Source of the DNA: an uncultured virus (IMG/VR IMGVR_UViG_3300020576_008020)
Lineage: Duplodnaviria; Heunggongvirae; Uroviricota; Caudoviricetes
IMG/VR virus record: IMGVR_UViG_3300020576_008020
Direction: 5' to 3' (one strand)
Length of the DNA stretch: 20,000 nucleotides
The notes below the pieces were generated by a model, which did no database searches, was not told where the DNA came from, and was given only the letters and a program-made list of their open reading frames with translations. The translations under genes were made by a program, and so were the position numbers. Positions 1 through 7,506 of this stretch are shown here, piece by piece (within the stretch, counting starts at the first letter, position 1; the number at the start of each line of letters is the position of its first letter).

Positions 1-3
1 TAA

Positions 4-219
4 TTATTTTTCTTTTACATCCTCTACTGTAGGGCTGGTAAATGATATTTCAATAGATTTTTGAACTTTTAATCTGCTCACACTGCCAAGTATTATATTC
101 TTTATAATACTTTCTCGTATGGCCGTCTCTGTCTCTTCGGCGGTTTTATAATATATTTCTTGTATACAGTTAGTAACAACAAATCCGTTGTCTATTCGCT
201 TAACAATTATTTTCTCCAT
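4..219 (-). CDS. Hypothetical protein (71 aa, MEKIIVKRIDNG...)
   Basis: Track ORF 4..264 begins at a TTG inside the sigma54 motif; the in-frame ATG at 219, 30 nt downstream of the -12 box, is the likelier start. Confidence 0.65.
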   Translation of the reverse strand: MEKIIVKRIDNGFVVTNCIQEIYYKTAEETETAIRESIIKNIILGSVSRLKVQKSIEISFTSPTVEDVKEK

Positions 220-247
220 CGCTTTTTTTAGTTGATACCATACATAA

Positions 248-264
248 TGCAATTCCCGTGCCAA
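248..264 (-). promoter_or_regulatory. Sigma54 (RpoN) -24/-12 promoter
   Basis: Minus strand TTGGCACGGGAATTGCA = TGGCAC-N5-TTGCA, intergenic, facing ORF 4..219. Confidence 0.8.
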
Positions 265-268
265 AAAT

Positions 269-298
269 TATAAAGGCCACCAGATAGCGGCCTTTATA
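269..298 (-). terminator. Intrinsic terminator-like hairpin after the DUF932-like gene
   Basis: TATAAAGGCC (269-278) / GGCCTTTATA (289-298), followed on the minus strand by ATTTTT. Confidence 0.65.
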
Positions 299-323
299 TT
301 AATATTTATTAGCACAAAACGAC

Positions 324-1454
324 TTAGTTGTTCTTTGCGTTGAACTTCTTTTCGCTGTAGGGCTTATCAAATTTGCTTATCTTTTCTACGTGCTCAATGA
401 TGGCGCCCTCTACATCATATTGCAGGTCCGCATGCATGTTTTGGGACTCCCTGGTCACCGCATGCAGAATTCCGGAGGCGTCATGTACGCCATCGTTGAG
501 AAAGTAGTTCATGATATTTTTTCGGTGGTCTTCAGGTATGGACAATTCCCTGCACACATTTTTTACGGCATCCGTGGGGTATTCCAGCTTAATATTACGG
601 GTTGCTGCCACGCGCTCTACCATCTTGCCTAGGTAGTCTTTGTTAAGGAATGTGGCTACGGCATCCTGTACCTGGCTGATAATCAGCTCGTAATTTTTAT
701 TTCTGGTGCGCTCGCTCCAGATAATTTCTCCCGGCGCCAGACGCTCACCCAGGTGTATTTTACTGAAGCTATCGTCTTTAATGGTCAATCCATTGTTGCA
801 GATGGGGGCCACCGCGCGGCTCATAACCTCAAATTTGCCGCAGCCAATTTCTGAGTTGGCAAGAGAAAAGCCGGACATGATACCGTAGCCAACACCATTA
901 TTTCCTTTGCGCATGTAGTCTTTCAAAAAGGCCTCGGCCTGTATTTCTACTTCCGGACATACAACTTGCAGGTACATGCGCTTTTCCGTAACCTCGGCTT
1001 TCAGTATCTCTACCTTTACCCGCATGCGGGAGATGGCCTCAAGTGCTGCATACAGCACATCGTAGTTGTCGATGCAGTTGTAGGAATTGGAAAGGAAGGC
1101 CCGCGCTATAGCTGTTCTGTCGTCTTTGAGGCAGCGCAGCAGGTACTTGGACACGCCGTCCTCGCGTAGCCAGGCATTGATGTTCTCTTCAAACAGTGCC
1201 GGCCTTTCCACCATCATTTTTTTGAAATATATAAGCGGAATTTCCAGCTTTTTTGCTATCTGCTCATGGCAAAAGTCGGAAACCTCATATGCGGCAACAT
1301 CCGTAGGATTTTCTCCGGTCAGAAACAGGTGCTTATCTGCATAGGTAATTGTCTTGGCCGGAGCGATAAAGTCTTTTTTCTTCTCGTTTTGCTCTTTCAG
1401 CGTCGCTTCTATGCTTGTCAGCACATCCTTGGTTCTAAATTGCATCGTACTCAT
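324..1454 (-). CDS. DUF932-like phage protein (376 aa)
   Basis: Motifs ARAFLSNSYNCIDNYDVL, GFSLANSEIGCG and ICNNG resemble the DUF932 family. Confidence 0.7.
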   Translation of the reverse strand: MSTMQFRTKDVLTSIEATLKEQNEKKKDFIAPAKTITYADKHLFLTGENPTDVAAYEVSDFCHEQIAKKLEIPLIYFKKMMVERPALFEENINAWLREDGVSKYLLRCLKDDRTAIARAFLSNSYNCIDNYDVLYAALEAISRMRVKVEILKAEVTEKRMYLQVVCPEVEIQAEAFLKDYMRKGNNGVGYGIMSGFSLANSEIGCGKFEVMSRAVAPICNNGLTIKDDSFSKIHLGERLAPGEIIWSERTRNKNYELIISQVQDAVATFLNKDYLGKMVERVAATRNIKLEYPTDAVKNVCRELSIPEDHRKNIMNYFLNDGVHDASGILHAVTRESQNMHADLQYDVEGAIIEHVEKISKFDKPYSEKKFNAKNN

Positions 1455-1493
1455 AGCTGTTTTTTGTTTTTTTAGTTTTAGAATAACTGTACC

Positions 1494-1508
1494 ACAATTC
1501 CCGTGCCA
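1494..1508 (-). promoter_or_regulatory. Sigma54-like promoter (variant -12 box TTGT)
   Basis: Minus strand TGGCACGGGAATTGT, 14/15 identical to the motif at 249-263; 40 nt upstream of ATG 1454. Confidence 0.65.
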
Positions 1509-1513
1509 GACAT

Positions 1514-1864
1514 TTATTTAAAATCTTCAGGAAAGTTGGCCCGGCACATTTCCTCCACGGTATCAAACATAGGTGTATTACAGTGTAGCTGGTCTAAATA
1601 TTCAGCAGTAACATTATTTTTTGACAAAGATAAGCGCAATGCTATGGATGGTAACCTTCGCTTTTCCTGATTCATTAACCAGCCCACGCAGACATTGCCA
1701 TCTTTCTTATGGCATTGATAAACCTTGCCTATATAATCTTTGTCGGATGCCAGAAGAGCTTTGAATTCATCGACACTCCACAGCGCCAGTGGCGCATCCT
1801 TTCTCTATGGACAGTTGGCGCAAGGTGTAGTCTTGCAAAATTTTGTTTTTTGAGCTACAGCCAT
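1514..1864 (-). pseudogene. DUF6283-like Cys/His protein with an internal TAG at codon 20 (absent from the ORF track)
   Basis: Manual translation MAVAQKTKFCKTTPCANCP*RKDAPLALWSVDEF...YQCHKKDGNVCVGWL...ALRLSL...ANFPEDFK*; TAG at 1805-1807; fills the gap between neighbouring minus-strand genes. Confidence 0.7.
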
Positions 1865-2244
1865 TTTACTTCGAAATGGTTAGAAAAATCATCCTCAGTT
1901 GCGGAATACAATAGTCGCTTGGTGTCAATAATGGTATCTGCCGGTAAGCCGCATGAAAACAGGCATTGTTTCCAGAATTCACCGGTTGAACCATTATTAG
2001 CTACAATAGCTTCCAACTTTATTATTTCTTCGTCATCTAGCGTAACGCCATGGCAATTTACAGGCCCATCCCACCATTCAATAAATACATGAGGTATAAT
2101 TGTGTCGGTACCAAAGGATTTAATTTCAATGTACCCATGGCCATGAGTATATGTGCCGGTAATAATATTTCCCCCATCAATATGACGGCATATAATGTTG
2201 TCCCAAGAGTCGGGCTGCCTGTCGCTTGCTTTTATCCAGCTCAT
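1855..2244 (-). CDS. Hypothetical phage protein (129 aa; DUF551-like N-terminus MSWIKASDRQP)
   Basis: ORF with an ATGA overlap with the upstream gene. Confidence 0.7.
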   Translation of the reverse strand: MSWIKASDRQPDSWDNIICRHIDGGNIITGTYTHGHGYIEIKSFGTDTIIPHVFIEWWDGPVNCHGVTLDDEEIIKLEAIVANNGSTGEFWKQCLFSCGLPADTIIDTKRLLYSATEDDFSNHFEVKWL

Positions 2245-2441
2245 GTCGTTTGCTTAAGGGATTGCAGGTAGCTTGTGAGGTCATTTATTGCTGTGTGTGG
2301 AATAAGCATTTCGGAAAGTACGTGACTGCCAACTACAGCCTGGATGCGAATATCCCGGTCCTCATCTTTTTTAGCAATAATATCGCATGCGCTGCATGAT
2401 ATGCGTATGTCTTCGTTTTCAATTGTTTTGTTTTTTGCCAT
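2241..2441 (-). CDS. Hypothetical protein (66 aa, MAKNKTIENEDIR...)
   Basis: In-frame ATG at 2441 avoids overlap with 2461..2877; A-rich leader. Confidence 0.6.
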   Translation of the reverse strand: MAKNKTIENEDIRISCSACDIIAKKDEDRDIRIQAVVGSHVLSEMLIPHTAINDLTSYLQSLKQTT

Positions 2442-2460
2442 TGGTATCAGTTTTTTTGTT

Positions 2461-2877
2461 TTAATGTTTTGTGGGTTTTTTAGGAATATGATAGTCAAAC
2501 CGCCAGAGCGGGTAGCCATTGTTTCTACAATATTCCATAATCAAAATCAGTTTTAATTCCGGCTCGTCATTATATTCCTGCAAAAAATTTTCTATGTCTG
2601 CCGGATTTTTTGTGTTCCATGAACCTGGATTGCCATATTTTTGTGAAAGGCTATCATACTTTTTGCAGTCCCATTCGCGCAGCCTATCGCTATAGGCCGT
2701 TCCTGTTACTTCTTCATTTTTACCACCACGCCACACAACATACCCATCATAGCTGTATGGGTGTGTGTCTTTTGTTCTTTTAACCGGATTGTCGTACTCA
2801 TCTACATAGTGCAAATTCAAAACATGTCCATCTTGGGTAATGCGCAGCATTTTTTTATTTTGCCTAAATGTATTCAT
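2461..2877 (-). CDS. Hypothetical phage protein (138 aa)
   Basis: ORF in a packed minus-strand run; ATGA overlap with 2874..3065. Confidence 0.75.
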   Translation of the reverse strand: MNTFRQNKKMLRITQDGHVLNLHYVDEYDNPVKRTKDTHPYSYDGYVVWRGGKNEEVTGTAYSDRLREWDCKKYDSLSQKYGNPGSWNTKNPADIENFLQEYNDEPELKLILIMEYCRNNGYPLWRFDYHIPKKPTKH

Positions 2878-3065
2878 AGATTCAAAAATATCATTGTTAT
2901 TGAAAAAGCCGCCATGTAAACTGCTATAGCAGCAATACTTTTAATACCTACAGATGCAAGTATTGTAGGACCAGTAACCCGCCATCCGGTTATTTCATCA
3001 TGATACTGCATTGCCCATCCGACTATGAAAAAAAGCACTACCGATAAGGATAAAAGATAAATCAT
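2874..3065 (-). CDS. Small membrane protein (63 aa)
   Basis: Two hydrophobic segments; first gene after a sigma54 motif. Confidence 0.6.
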   Translation of the reverse strand: MIYLLSLSVVLFFIVGWAMQYHDEITGWRVTGPTILASVGIKSIAAIAVYMAAFSITMIFLNL

Positions 3066-3076
3066 TACCTATCAGT

Positions 3077-3093
3077 AGCAATTCTCGTGCCAA
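3077..3093 (-). promoter_or_regulatory. Sigma54 -24/-12 promoter
   Basis: Minus strand TTGGCACGAGAATTGCT = TGGCAC-N5-TTGC at the head of the leftward gene run. Confidence 0.75.
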
Positions 3094-3142
3094 AAAACCA
3101 AATTAAATATATTATAAACTGTTTGTTTTTGAAAAGAATAAT

Positions 3143-3150
3143 TATCTTTG
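3143..3150 (+). promoter_or_regulatory. Bacteroidota primary-sigma -7 box upstream of tnpB
   Basis: TATCTTTG (TAnnTTTG) with TTTG at 3122-3125; GTG start at 3158. Confidence 0.55.
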
Positions 3151-3157
3151 AAAATAA

Positions 3158-3549
3158 GTGCTAAGAGCCTACAAATACCGATTGAACTTAAACAATGAAC
3201 AGAAAACGTTCATAAATAAGTCATTTGGATGTGGCAGGGTAGTGTATAATTATTGTTTGCAGCGGCGCATTGAACTATATAAAGATGGTAAGCAGAAAAT
3301 AAGTGCTTTTGACCTGTGTAAGGAAATAGTGCAGCTTAAAAAGACTGAAGGCTATTATTGGTTATCTGAAGTAGACCACCAATCATTGTGCTGTTCGGTT
3401 ATGAATATGGACAACGCCTACAAGCATTTTTTTAACCGTGGTTTCGGTTTCCCAAAGTTCAAGTGTAAGTATTTCAGGCAGTCTTGCAAATTTACTCAAG
3501 GCATAAAAATAGATTTCTCGGCCAATAAAGTACGTTTTCCTAAAATAGG
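3158..3549 (+). pseudogene. tnpB: TnpB (IS200/IS605 family), 5' part, interrupted by the IS1-family element
   Basis: MLRAYKYRL...FGCGRVVYN...GFPKFK is the typical TnpB N-terminus; the frame is cut after FPKIG at the TSD. Confidence 0.92.
3542..3549 (+). repeat. Target site duplication, left copy (AAAATAGG)
   Basis: Identical to 8494-8501; abuts the left IR. Confidence 0.92.
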
Positions 3550-3590
3550 GGTAGTGCGTCCTTTTGAATGTTAATGTTTTTTAACAAAAA
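3550..3590 (+). repeat. Left terminal inverted repeat
   Basis: GGTAGTGCGTCCTTTTGAATGTTAATGTTTTTTAACAAAAA; 39/41 match to the reverse complement of 8453-8493, first 25 nt identical. Confidence 0.93.
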
Positions 3591-3620
3591 ACGGTATTGA
3601 GTTTTTGGTAACTTTGTGGT

Positions 3621-3762
3621 ATGGTAAAGAAGAACCCTCCACGTCCCAGAGATATGAACCAGCTCGCAAAGCGCATTTGTCGATATTTCCACAGGGCAAT
3701 ATACGGAGAAAGAGCCTATTACAACACCTAAGCCTACAAAAAAGAGAAAGCCCAAATCTTAG
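3621..3762 (+). pseudogene. Small basic protein of the RPRDxNQLAKxIVDIxTG type, with a +1 frameshift
   Basis: MVKKNPPRPRDMNQLAKRI; deleting one T at about 3676-3678 continues VDISTGQYTEKEPITTPKPTKKRKPKS*. TAACTTTG box at 3609-3616. Confidence 0.6.
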
Positions 3763-3847
3763 CCTTACAAGGCTTGTTTCAAGTCTGCTTTACGTATTGC
3801 ATATAAATATCCATTTACATTGCGTACCTTTATGCAAACAAATTCTC

Positions 3848-4084
3848 ATGGATAATTCAACTAAGATTCTTATTGGTCTTTTAGGCTTAGGTACAATCTA
3901 TTTGCTGTATGAAAATATGCAGTTTAAAAAATCCAATTTAAATAAGAAAGTTAGCTCTACATCCACTCAAACATCCTTTCCGCCACATCATAATGCGTAT
4001 CCTGTTCCTGTGGCTGGTCAAAAACCCGCCCCCACACCAGAAAGTGTAATGCGTAGAGCAGCAAAAAATCAGATGCCTAAATAA
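3848..4084 (+). CDS. Small membrane-anchored protein (78 aa, MDNSTKILIGLLGLG...)
   Basis: In-frame ATG within track ORF 3605..4084; N-terminal hydrophobic helix and Pro-rich tail. Confidence 0.55.
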   Translation: MDNSTKILIGLLGLGTIYLLYENMQFKKSNLNKKVSSTSTQTSFPPHHNAYPVPVAGQKPAPTPESVMRRAAKNQMPK

Positions 4085-4086
4085 TG

Positions 4087-6039
4087 TTATTTAACCACAG
4101 CAAGCCGTTCACTTTTAATTAGACTACCAGCTAATATAATGCTGACTATATAATGTCCACTCGGCAAATCCTGAGTACTAAGACTTATCCTATGTTCTCC
4201 TTCTGGTATGTTGTCATTATGCAATCGCTCACTATACTTTCCATCAACACTTCTAATTTCGATAGTACAAATACCTTCGTAGTCGGTATTAAATTCAATG
4301 GTGAAATTATTTGAGGCGGGATTAGGATATAGTTTTGTATTTACTGCCTCGTTGACATTTATGGTATTTAATGCAAAGAAGTTACCTTTTGCTATTTCGC
4401 CTATCCATGTGCCACCAGTATTATCAGCTTTTCCATAGCAGCCAGAAGCCCAAACAATTGGGGTTAATGAATTTTGTTTTCTGCATAAACCTGTATAATC
4501 CCCCCATCTTCCCATGTTGTGTGGTATTGCTTGGTAGTCCCATACAAAACTGCTGCCTGATTTTATTAATAGAGCGGGTGAGTAATTATTGCTAGCATCA
4601 GAACTATATGCGACATAGTATGGGTATGTTGTTGATAAGCTAACATTAGAACACATAATTACATTTTCATCAGCACCATTTAATCCATAAGAGGCAATAT
4701 TGGAATGACAAAAATCCCCTGATGTGGTTCCAAATAGCGACCAGCTTGATGGCGGCACAGATGCGCTCGAGGAACTCCAGATAAGCTTGGCTTTCATTGC
4801 ATAATTGGCAGAAGCCGAAGCGGAGCTAATAGAAGTAAACGTGAAATAAACACTCCATATTGATGTGGTAGGATTTCTTATAACAAACCCACCAGTTACT
4901 CTGCAATCGCCAACATCCAATTGGTTTGTACTTCCTAGTTGAAAGGCATCATAGCCTATTTCATAGTGAGGAGAAGCAACATCAATACCAGCAAAAGCAT
5001 CTGTTGGTTCATACCATGTCCAGAATTGTACAGAGTTACCAATTTGTGATTTTGTGCTGACAAAAGCCATTGTAGTTGAATATAATCCTGCTTGCCCATA
5101 ACTTAATGGATAAATAGTAAACCCCTGGTTACCTAAATCATCCAATGGATTTGACCTTTGTAAAGCTGTCCATCCAGTTGTAGAGCCACTTAATATTCCA
5201 GCCTTAGAGAATCTGAATATAATAGGATATTGAAAAGAATTACTCGAATTATACGCATTGATACTAACATAAAGAGAGCTTGCATTAATACCAATACTTG
5301 GATAATCCATCCAGATGCCCGCTGCTGGTGGTGTATATGTCCAATAACTCCATGCGCCAAGAGGATTTGACGTAAGTGGATATGCAATAATTAACTTTGA
5401 TGTTGACGGTGTTGACCCATCCAAAACAACAAGAAAAAACCTATCTAAAACGTCATCGTAAATTACTTTAGCATCGTAAAGAACACCTGAAAAACTACTG
5501 CTACCTCCCAAAAATGCGTTTATTGAATGCGAGGCCAGCGGAGTTCCAAGAGTATCTTTTATTGTAATGTTAGAGTTTGTTGTGCTGATTATTATTCCTG
5601 AATTTGATATTGCTATGCTATTATCATTCGGGAAGGTTGTGGCGTCATCTGAACTATTAAAGTGATGATTTAGATAAATCGGTGGTGCCGCGGTTGTTTT
5701 ATGCCCGTTATTGTTTTCATCTATGATAAATCCTGCTGGAGATTCCTTTTTAATTTGCAGCGTACTATCGCCACCGTCTTTTCTAAATTTTCTCTTTGAT
5801 TTTTTAAACTCCCTCAATGCCGTGTCGCCACCTTTATTAAATTCTTGCTTATTATGAATTTTAAAACGTAAATCTTTTACAGTATCAGCCTTTATGGGTC
5901 TATTATGCGGTGTTCCAGAAATTGGTGTAGCCTTTTTTACATTTTTATTATTAGGAGTATAATTTGGCGCACATCTTTGTCCAAATAAAATGAAGGTCTG
6001 TAATACTAAGACCAACAATAAAATCAATTTGCCTTTCAT
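4087..6039 (-). CDS. Secreted protein with T9SS type A C-terminal sorting domain (650 aa)
   Basis: Signal peptide MKGKLILLLVLVLQTFILFG; C-terminal KLYPNPASNNFTIEF...DGK...LPSGHYIV...KSERLAVVK; Ser/Thr/aromatic-rich core with DYPSIG and RWGDY. Confidence 0.85.
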   Translation of the reverse strand: MKGKLILLLVLVLQTFILFGQRCAPNYTPNNKNVKKATPISGTPHNRPIKADTVKDLRFKIHNKQEFNKGGDTALREFKKSKRKFRKDGGDSTLQIKKESPAGFIIDENNNGHKTTAAPPIYLNHHFNSSDDATTFPNDNSIAISNSGIIISTTNSNITIKDTLGTPLASHSINAFLGGSSSFSGVLYDAKVIYDDVLDRFFLVVLDGSTPSTSKLIIAYPLTSNPLGAWSYWTYTPPAAGIWMDYPSIGINASSLYVSINAYNSSNSFQYPIIFRFSKAGILSGSTTGWTALQRSNPLDDLGNQGFTIYPLSYGQAGLYSTTMAFVSTKSQIGNSVQFWTWYEPTDAFAGIDVASPHYEIGYDAFQLGSTNQLDVGDCRVTGGFVIRNPTTSIWSVYFTFTSISSASASANYAMKAKLIWSSSSASVPPSSWSLFGTTSGDFCHSNIASYGLNGADENVIMCSNVSLSTTYPYYVAYSSDASNNYSPALLIKSGSSFVWDYQAIPHNMGRWGDYTGLCRKQNSLTPIVWASGCYGKADNTGGTWIGEIAKGNFFALNTINVNEAVNTKLYPNPASNNFTIEFNTDYEGICTIEIRSVDGKYSERLHNDNIPEGEHRISLSTQDLPSGHYIVSIILAGSLIKSERLAVVK

Positions 6040-6073
6040 TTTGGTTTGTTTTTATGTATGAGTAAATAAAATA

Positions 6074-6202
6074 GCGTAACCGAAATTCTTCCGCTACTCA
6101 AGGCTCTGGAAGCCCCATCTCACAAAAGACACGATTACGCCATGCGGCGTACCGTAGTCATTTTGTTGCGAGATGTTCAAATTTTCCAGATTTAGAGTTA
6201 GC
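6074..6202 (-). ncRNA. Putative structured 5' leader (long imperfect hairpin) upstream of the T9SS gene
   Basis: Nested pairings 6093-6099/6195-6202, 6105-6111/6184-6190, 6116-6130/6157-6175, TACGCC 6136-6141/GGCGTA 6146-6151. Confidence 0.55.
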
Positions 6203-6366
6203 AACTAAATGTTACAATACAAACTTGTATATGTCCTGTCTTTTATCTATTCATTCATTCTATTTTCGTCAGCAATATATTTATCTTCAAGGATAAACAA
6301 CTTTAGCAAAAGTAATTATATTTACGATATGTAGTGTGTGGTAAATATAATAAATATTGGCACAGG

Positions 6367-7086
6367 ATGTCTGACGATAAGTTGCTTGACGATTATAAGA
6401 TATTGGGAGAGTACGGTGTTAAAATGACACTGTTCCATAAGTTCCAATACTACCAGAACATAATTGATACCTGTATTGATAATAATAAGCCTATTCCTGC
6501 TACTATTGCCAAGCTCTACTTTACGCTATTTCAGAACTTATGGCATGTAAAAAAGAAACGAACAAAAAAGATAACTGATGCGCTTATAAAAAGGTTTTCC
6601 AAAGAGGTCATCAGGTACTTTGAATCAGATAAAGGCAAAGGGTACAATTTTTCTGGCGAAAGGCTGGTTCACGGCAATACCTACAATGTTTTGACAAGGA
6701 CGGTCGAAGATTCTACTCACTATGAAAGCTATTCATTAGCCCAAATGATTAAAAGCTGTGTTAATAGCTACGTCTTGCTGGTGCAAGTGTTAGATTTTAA
6801 TAAGGATGAGGTAATCAGGTATCTATACGATGACATAGAGGATTACTGCGCAAAAAATCTTACAGAGCAACAGAAAGTACAATTCCCTGTTTATAAAAGG
6901 AGAGTAGTTGCCGCATATATTACCATGTGCGTAACCGAGAATTATTTTGAGGGTAAAACACGGGTCGGTAAAAAAGACGGTCAACCAGTCATTATAGAAC
7001 TCTCCACCGATTTCAGGAACGAGGATTTATTCCAGTCAACCCGGACAGCGTTAGACCCGCCAAAGCTTAAAAAAAGAAAGGCTTGA
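6367..7086 (+). CDS. Hypothetical protein (about 239 aa)
   Basis: Long ORF; ATG 6367 preferred over GTG 6334; no motif recognised. Confidence 0.75.
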   Translation: MSDDKLLDDYKILGEYGVKMTLFHKFQYYQNIIDTCIDNNKPIPATIAKLYFTLFQNLWHVKKKRTKKITDALIKRFSKEVIRYFESDKGKGYNFSGERLVHGNTYNVLTRTVEDSTHYESYSLAQMIKSCVNSYVLLVQVLDFNKDEVIRYLYDDIEDYCAKNLTEQQKVQFPVYKRRVVAAYITMCVTENYFEGKTRVGKKDGQPVIIELSTDFRNEDLFQSTRTALDPPKLKKRKA

Positions 7087-7101
7087 GTTTCCCCAAACCT
7101 A

Positions 7102-7116
7102 CTGCTTTGACACCAG
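7102..7116 (+). repeat. 15-bp direct repeat CTGCTTTGACACCAG
   Basis: Exact copy at 7328-7342, the anticodon arm of the tRNA-like gene. Confidence 0.85.
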
Positions 7117-7140
7117 TCATGTAAAAATATAAAACCTGCG

Positions 7141-7255
7141 CATTACTGCAAATTTTTTCTTTTGGCACATTACTGTGGAAATTTCATTTTTTCACAGTAG
7201 TGTGGATTTTTTCGTTTTCCGCACTACTGTGAATTCTGCCAAAAGAAACACTACC
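7141..7255. repeat. Array of CA(T/C)TACTG motifs with 27-bp periodicity, middle copy inverted
   Basis: Direct copies at 7141, 7168, 7222 and partial 7249; inverted CACAGTAGTG at 7193-7202; 7191-7206/7218-7233 form a 15/16 inverted repeat. Confidence 0.75.
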
Positions 7256-7299
7256 CATAGTTTTCATTTGCAATATACCGTGCCATACTTTCGCTATAT

Positions 7300-7372
7300 G
7301 GGAGATTGTTGGTAGTGGTCACCATGTCTGCTTTGACACCAGACGAGATGGGTTCAATTCCCTTATCTTCCA
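7300..7372 (+). tRNA. Atypical tRNA-like gene (anticodon ambiguous; 9-nt loop CTTTGACAC)
   Basis: Acceptor GGGAGAT/ATCTTCC plus A; D arm TGGT-AGTGGTC-ACCA; anticodon stem GTCTG/CAGAC; T arm GGG-TTCAATT-CCC. Confidence 0.6.
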
Positions 7373-7424
7373 TCATTTTATTTCTCTAAAAAAATCTTTG
7401 TAAACACCAGTAAAATCAACACTT

Positions 7425-7440
7425 TGGCATCTTATTTGCA
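7425..7440 (+). promoter_or_regulatory. Sigma54-type promoter upstream of the IS1 transposase
   Basis: TGGCATCTTATTTGCA (GG-N10-GC), about 67 nt before ATG 7507. Confidence 0.55.
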
Positions 7441-7506
7441 CTATGCTATACAGCATACGGATAATAGAGAGGAAGGGAATAATAGCACAGAAAAAGGACT
7501 CACAAA

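Noticed and set aside
1805..1807. TAG reassignment (alternative genetic code) in this phage
   Set aside because: Only one in-frame TAG was found, and TAG ends several genes at sensible places (1855, 10267, 13030, 14245, 14754).
3605..3847. Track ORF 3605..4084 as a 159-aa protein
   Set aside because: Its 5' half overlaps a promoter box and the frameshifted micro-gene; ATG 3848 is the more plausible start.
7141..7255. Repeat array as a CRISPR or mini-array
   Set aside because: Repeats are about 10 bp, one is inverted, spacers are low-complexity and there are no cas genes.
7270..7285. Minus-strand TGGCACGGTATATTGC as a sigma54 promoter
   Set aside because: Spacing is GG-N11-GC, one base too long, and no gene follows on that strand.
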